From the NCBI GenBank assembly GCA_026387235.1, contig JAPLMD010000066.1, positions 1 through 49,988 of the forward strand: a stretch of 49,988 bases of DNA. The letters run 5' to 3'. A program made the position numbers and the translations under genes. Position 1 is the stretch's first letter. Every line of letters begins with the position of its first letter. Under the pieces are notes generated by a model. The model worked only from the letters and a program-made list of their open reading frames with translations, made no database searches and had not been told where the DNA came from. The stretch comes from Candidatus Omnitrophota bacterium (GTDB lineage: Bacteria > Omnitrophota > Gorgyraeia > Gorgyraeales > Gorgyraeaceae). Shown here one piece after another: positions 46,596-49,988 of this stretch.

Positions 46596-46662
46596 ATAGT
46601 TACCTCTGAATTTCGTCCCCGTCGCTTTGCGAAGCAACGGTGACGAAATTGGCTAAGGAATT
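46596..46662 (-). repeat. Family-C palindromic element (copy 2)
   Basis: Minus strand AATTCCTTAGCCAATTTCGTC-[ACCGTTGCTTCGCAAAGCGACGGG]-GACGAAATTCAGAGGTAACTAT. Confidence 0.8.
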
Positions 46663-46670
46663 GATGCATT

Positions 46671-47774
46671 ATGAAAAAGATAAAAGTAAATCTTGGAAAG
46701 AATAGTTATGATATAATGATCTGCTCAAATGAGCTTGATAAACTTGGGGCATGCCTTAAGCGCCTGAACATAGGCAAAGACGCCATAATAGTCACCAACC
46801 CTTTTATAAAAAAACTTTTCGGCAGCAGAATAGAAAAGGCGCTTATCTCCTGCGGCTTTAGCGTAAGATTTGAAACAATCCCGGACAGCGAAAAAGCCAA
46901 ATCAGAGAAAGAATGCGTAAGGCTGTTAAACAGTATTTCTAAATTCGACATTCGCCGCAGGGTGTTTATAGCAGCGCTTGGCGGAGGAGTGGTAGGAGAT
47001 CTGGCTGGATTCACCGCAAGCATCTATAAAAGAGGTATTCCTTATGTGCAGATTCCGACAACGCTTCTCAGTCAGGTAGATTCTGCTATAGGAGGCAAAA
47101 CAGCCATAGACTTAAGCGCAGGAAAAAATCTTGCAGGCGCATTCTATCAGCCAAAGCTAGTTTTCACAGACATATCGTTTCTGGAAAATCTGCCTAAAAA
47201 AGAACTGATATCAGGCCTTGCGGAAGTTATCAAATACGGAATAATAAAGTCACCCGGCCTTTTCAGGTTTGTAGAGAAAAATTATGTGAAAATCCTGAAT
47301 CGCGATAAGAAGTCTTTTCTGCGCATCGTGTACGAATGCAGCCTTATAAAAGCCGGGATTGTTGAAAAAGATGAGATGGATAATAAAAAGGTGCGGGTAA
47401 TCCTGAATCTGGGCCATACCATAGGCCATGCTATAGAGACCGCATCTAACTATCGCAAATCTTATAATCATGGCCAGGCAGTTGGGCTTGGCATGCTGTC
47501 CAGTGTTTATATAGCAGAGAAGTCAGGTTTCTTAACAAAGGTTGATAGCTGCAGGATAAAAAATACGATTAAAAATACAGGGCTGCCGGTTAGGCTGAAA
47601 AATGTAAACTTAAAAGATATTTTGTCAGCCCAGAGCCACGACAAAAAATTTATTCACGGTAAAAACCGTTTTGTTTTGCCTATTAAGATAGGAAAGGTTA
47701 TTGTTAAAGAGGGTATTCCGGAGATCACTGTAAGGGAGTCTATTCAAAGCCTTTATGAACCTAAAAAAAGATAA
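46671..47774 (+). CDS. aroB: 3-dehydroquinate synthase
   Basis: ALGGGVVGDLAGF, PTTLLSQVDSAIGGKT, LNLGHTIGHAIE, HGQAV. Confidence 0.96.
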   Translation: MKKIKVNLGKNSYDIMICSNELDKLGACLKRLNIGKDAIIVTNPFIKKLFGSRIEKALISCGFSVRFETIPDSEKAKSEKECVRLLNSISKFDIRRRVFIAALGGGVVGDLAGFTASIYKRGIPYVQIPTTLLSQVDSAIGGKTAIDLSAGKNLAGAFYQPKLVFTDISFLENLPKKELISGLAEVIKYGIIKSPGLFRFVEKNYVKILNRDKKSFLRIVYECSLIKAGIVEKDEMDNKKVRVILNLGHTIGHAIETASNYRKSYNHGQAVGLGMLSSVYIAEKSGFLTKVDSCRIKNTIKNTGLPVRLKNVNLKDILSAQSHDKKFIHGKNRFVLPIKIGKVIVKEGIPEITVRESIQSLYEPKKR

Positions 47775-48480
47775 AGACCGCTTAAAAAAACTTAAAATTT
47801 TTGAAAAATCCACAGGATATAGTTTTAGAAATAAAGTTTTGCTGAACCAGGCGTTTACGCATAAATCCTATGCAAACGAGAAAAAACTGGAACGTTCTAG
47901 CGATAACGAAAGACTGGAATTTCTAGGAGATTCTGTGCTCGGCTTAATTATGAGCCATACACTTTATAATGAATGCCCGGGCGATGATGAAGGCGTTCTT
48001 ACGCGTTATAAATCTCAGCTGGTGAGCGGAGAAACTCTTGGCAGGATAGCAAAGGAACTGGAAATAGGCGAATATCTGTTGCTCGGCAAAGGAGAAGAGG
48101 CTTCGGGAGGAAGAAAACACGTATCAAATCTTATGTGCGCAATGGAAGCCATCATAGGCGCCATTTTCTTAGACGGAGGATTAAAGGCTTCTTATGCTTT
48201 TATAAGCAGGATTTTTAGGCCTGAGATACAGCTCGTAAAAGAAGGCAAGGGGTCGAAGGATTATAAATCAGTATTTCAACAGATAGTGCTTAGAAAATTC
48301 AAAACCACCCCTACTTATAGAATTCTATCGGAAATAGGCCCTGACCATAAAAAACATTTTATTGTGGAAGCGATAGTAGCAGGCAAGAGATGCGGGATAG
48401 GATCTGGCCCGAATAAAAAAAGCGCAGAACAGATATCTGCCAAGGAAGCTATTTCTGCGCTGGAATCAGAAAACGGCTAG
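47755..48480 (+). CDS. rnc: Ribonuclease III
   Basis: NERLEFLGDSVL, EAIIGAIFLD, dsRBD (DYKS..GPDH..KKSAEQ). Confidence 0.96.
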   Translation: MNLKKDKDRLKKLKIFEKSTGYSFRNKVLLNQAFTHKSYANEKKLERSSDNERLEFLGDSVLGLIMSHTLYNECPGDDEGVLTRYKSQLVSGETLGRIAKELEIGEYLLLGKGEEASGGRKHVSNLMCAMEAIIGAIFLDGGLKASYAFISRIFRPEIQLVKEGKGSKDYKSVFQQIVLRKFKTTPTYRILSEIGPDHKKHFIVEAIVAGKRCGIGSGPNKKSAEQISAKEAISALESENG

Positions 48481-48500
48481 AAAACAGGCGCAAGCGTTTT

Positions 48501-48977
48501 CTACTTCAAGCCTAAAACTATTTCGTTCCCGTCTTTCTTTTTAATCCTTACAATATCTCGGGTTATGCTTATAATCTCTCCGCCGAGAAGATTGTCGCCT
48601 TCCTTGACGATCTTATCATTTACAATAGCCCATTTATCTTCATCGCCGTAAACAATGCCGTTTAATTTCGCGATATTCTGCGATTTCATGGCTTTTGCCG
48701 TATTTTTCTGCTCTATATTATTCAGAGTTGACTGAATTGCAGAGCCGGATTTATCGGATCCGCCGGCAATGTAATTGGGATTAGTTTTGAACACATTTCT
48801 GTGTAAAAAGAAAACTCCCAGAAGAATCGCCATGACAACAAAGATCATGGGTATCATCATCGGCCATTTTTTATCAGAGCTCGGCTCGGTTTTACGGACT
48901 GATGTTATCGTATCCTGAGCCTTGAATTCAAATTCTTTTCCGGCCTTTTTTAAAGCGTCATTGACAATGCTCATCAA
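48501..48977 (-). CDS. GspB/ExeB-like single-pass membrane protein
   Basis: MSIVNDALKK start, one TM segment, C-terminal LNGIVY..WAIVND..VKEGD..I.I motif; downstream of the ExeA-like ATPase. Confidence 0.7.
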   Translation of the reverse strand: MMSIVNDALKKAGKEFEFKAQDTITSVRKTEPSSDKKWPMMIPMIFVVMAILLGVFFLHRNVFKTNPNYIAGGSDKSGSAIQSTLNNIEQKNTAKAMKSQNIAKLNGIVYGDEDKWAIVNDKIVKEGDNLLGGEIISITRDIVRIKKKDGNEIVLGLK

Positions 48978-49782
48978 ACACCCCCTCTATTTCTTGAGCG
49001 CATTTTTTAACTATATCGGAATCTATTGTTTTTTTGTCGGCAGCATAGCCTGCCAGAAGCGATTTGTCGCACAATATGTTTATCAGCCTGGGAATGCCTC
49101 CGGAAAATTTAAATATTTCTTCAAGAGCGTCCTTATGAAAAATATCGCCGTTATGAGCGCCTGCCACGCTAAGCCTATGGGATACATAGCCATCGACCTC
49201 ATGCCTGGACAAGGGGCATATATGGTATCTTATGGTTATCCTCTGGCGCAATTGTTTTAATTCTCTTGACGCGAGTTTCTCTTTTAATTCAGGCTGTCCC
49301 ACCAGGATAATCTGCAGTAATTTTTCTTTTTCTGTCTCAAGGTTTGATAAAAGCCTTACCTGCTCCAGAAGAGATGGTTTTAAATTCTGAGCTTCATCTA
49401 TAATAAGCACCACATTGTTTCTGTGACTCAACTGCTCCAGTAAAAATTTATTCAGCTCATTCAGCATGGTAATCTTGTTTTTGGTTTTTACCTGTATGCC
49501 CAAGTCTTCTATGATGGCCTGCAAAAGCTGGATCTCCGTCATGTTTCCGTTCAGAATAAAGGCTGTTTTTGTATGTTGATCCAACTGGTTCAGAAGGGCC
49601 TTGCATACAGTCGTCTTTCCAGCGCCTATCTCGCCTGTTATTTCCAGGAAACCCATTCGCTCCTGAATTCCATACCGCATGTGGTTTATAGCTTCCTTAT
49701 GCTTTTTGCTGAGATAGAGAAAATTCGGGTCAGCTGTAACGCTGAAAGGCTTTTCAGTTAAGTTGTAAAATTTTAAATACAT
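48958..49782 (-). CDS. ExeA/GspA/MshM family AAA ATPase (no peptidoglycan-binding tail)
   Basis: MYLKFYNL.EKPF, GEIGAGKTT, IIDEAQ, ILVGQPEL, GGIPRLINILCD. Confidence 0.92.
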   Translation of the reverse strand: MYLKFYNLTEKPFSVTADPNFLYLSKKHKEAINHMRYGIQERMGFLEITGEIGAGKTTVCKALLNQLDQHTKTAFILNGNMTEIQLLQAIIEDLGIQVKTKNKITMLNELNKFLLEQLSHRNNVVLIIDEAQNLKPSLLEQVRLLSNLETEKEKLLQIILVGQPELKEKLASRELKQLRQRITIRYHICPLSRHEVDGYVSHRLSVAGAHNGDIFHKDALEEIFKFSGGIPRLINILCDKSLLAGYAADKKTIDSDIVKKCAQEIEGVFDEHCQ

Positions 49783-49884
49783 ATCATTATGAATTATAGC
49801 ACTATTAAGGCGTTAATGAAAGAAATCTTTTAGTAATATATGCAATCCCTTGCTTTCAATGTTAGGTTACACTTTAGCTATGCC

Positions 49885-49988
49885 TAGCCCAGCGAGTTTC
49901 AAGGACGCAAAATTTCCCCAGCGAGGAAATTTTGCTCCGTTTTGACACTCGCTCGCCCTGTCTAGGCTGGGGCCTGAGGCACATTTGA
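49885..49988 (-). repeat. Partial second copy of the 18.5-18.9 kb structured element (cut by the window end)
   Basis: Minus strand GTGCCTCAGGCCCCAGCCT (18/19 identical to 18766-84), CGAGCGAG, CGGAGC..CCTCGCTGGGG..GCGTC. Confidence 0.75.

Noticed and set aside
38803-48480. Prophage or genomic island integrated at tRNA-Gly
   Set aside because: No integrase or phage genes; downstream genes are housekeeping; I saw no distal att copy beyond 39112.
48478-48503. TAGAAAAC..GTTTTCTA hairpin between the convergent rnc and gspB-like stops
   Set aside because: Short AT-rich stem with no proper U-tail; too weak to call a terminator.
97-49761. Numerous 60-170 aa antisense or alternate-frame ORFs in the track
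   Set aside because: They overlap well-supported genes and have no RBS or family motifs.

Overview
Bacterial chromosomal core region, AT-rich, with almost all genes on the + strand. The PVC-superphylum small basic protein, Wood-Ljungdahl accessory genes and the overall gene set suggest Ca. Omnitrophota (inference). Gene order: der (5' truncated), plsY, DinG helicase, two secreted hypotheticals, trpBA, ManC-like, ruvX, M16 peptidase, rpe, PGM/PMM, lepA-lepB, a lipoprotein, an acsV(RACo)-cooC-acsD-acsE block, yjbQ, HPS-RraA fusion, DRTGG protein, tatA, rpsU, a second M16 peptidase, MEMO1, a flippase-like protein, Trm112, aroQ-pepP-efp-accB-accC, pfk, gmhA, rfaE2, thiD2-thiE-thiC, PfkB kinase, tRNA-Gly(CCC), ATPase, phosphoesterase, HIT, dGTPase, degenerate HD-GYP, small basic protein, SH3 protein, M50 protease, aroB, rnc, then a convergent ExeA/ExeB-like pair. 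I found no transposase, integrase, CRISPR or phage gene. The most striking signal is non-coding. Many of the larger intergenic gaps hold modular, nested palindromic elements with a shared strand-specific grammar: GNA triloops such as GCGAAGC, tandem GA/AG mismatches and interchangeable inner hairpins. Copies abut or overlap ribosome-binding sites, supply stop codons, sit in frame inside rpe, and lie between duplicated tRNA-Gly 3' ends. A separate ~330-nt highly structured element lies inside the acs cluster and has a covarying second copy at the window end.
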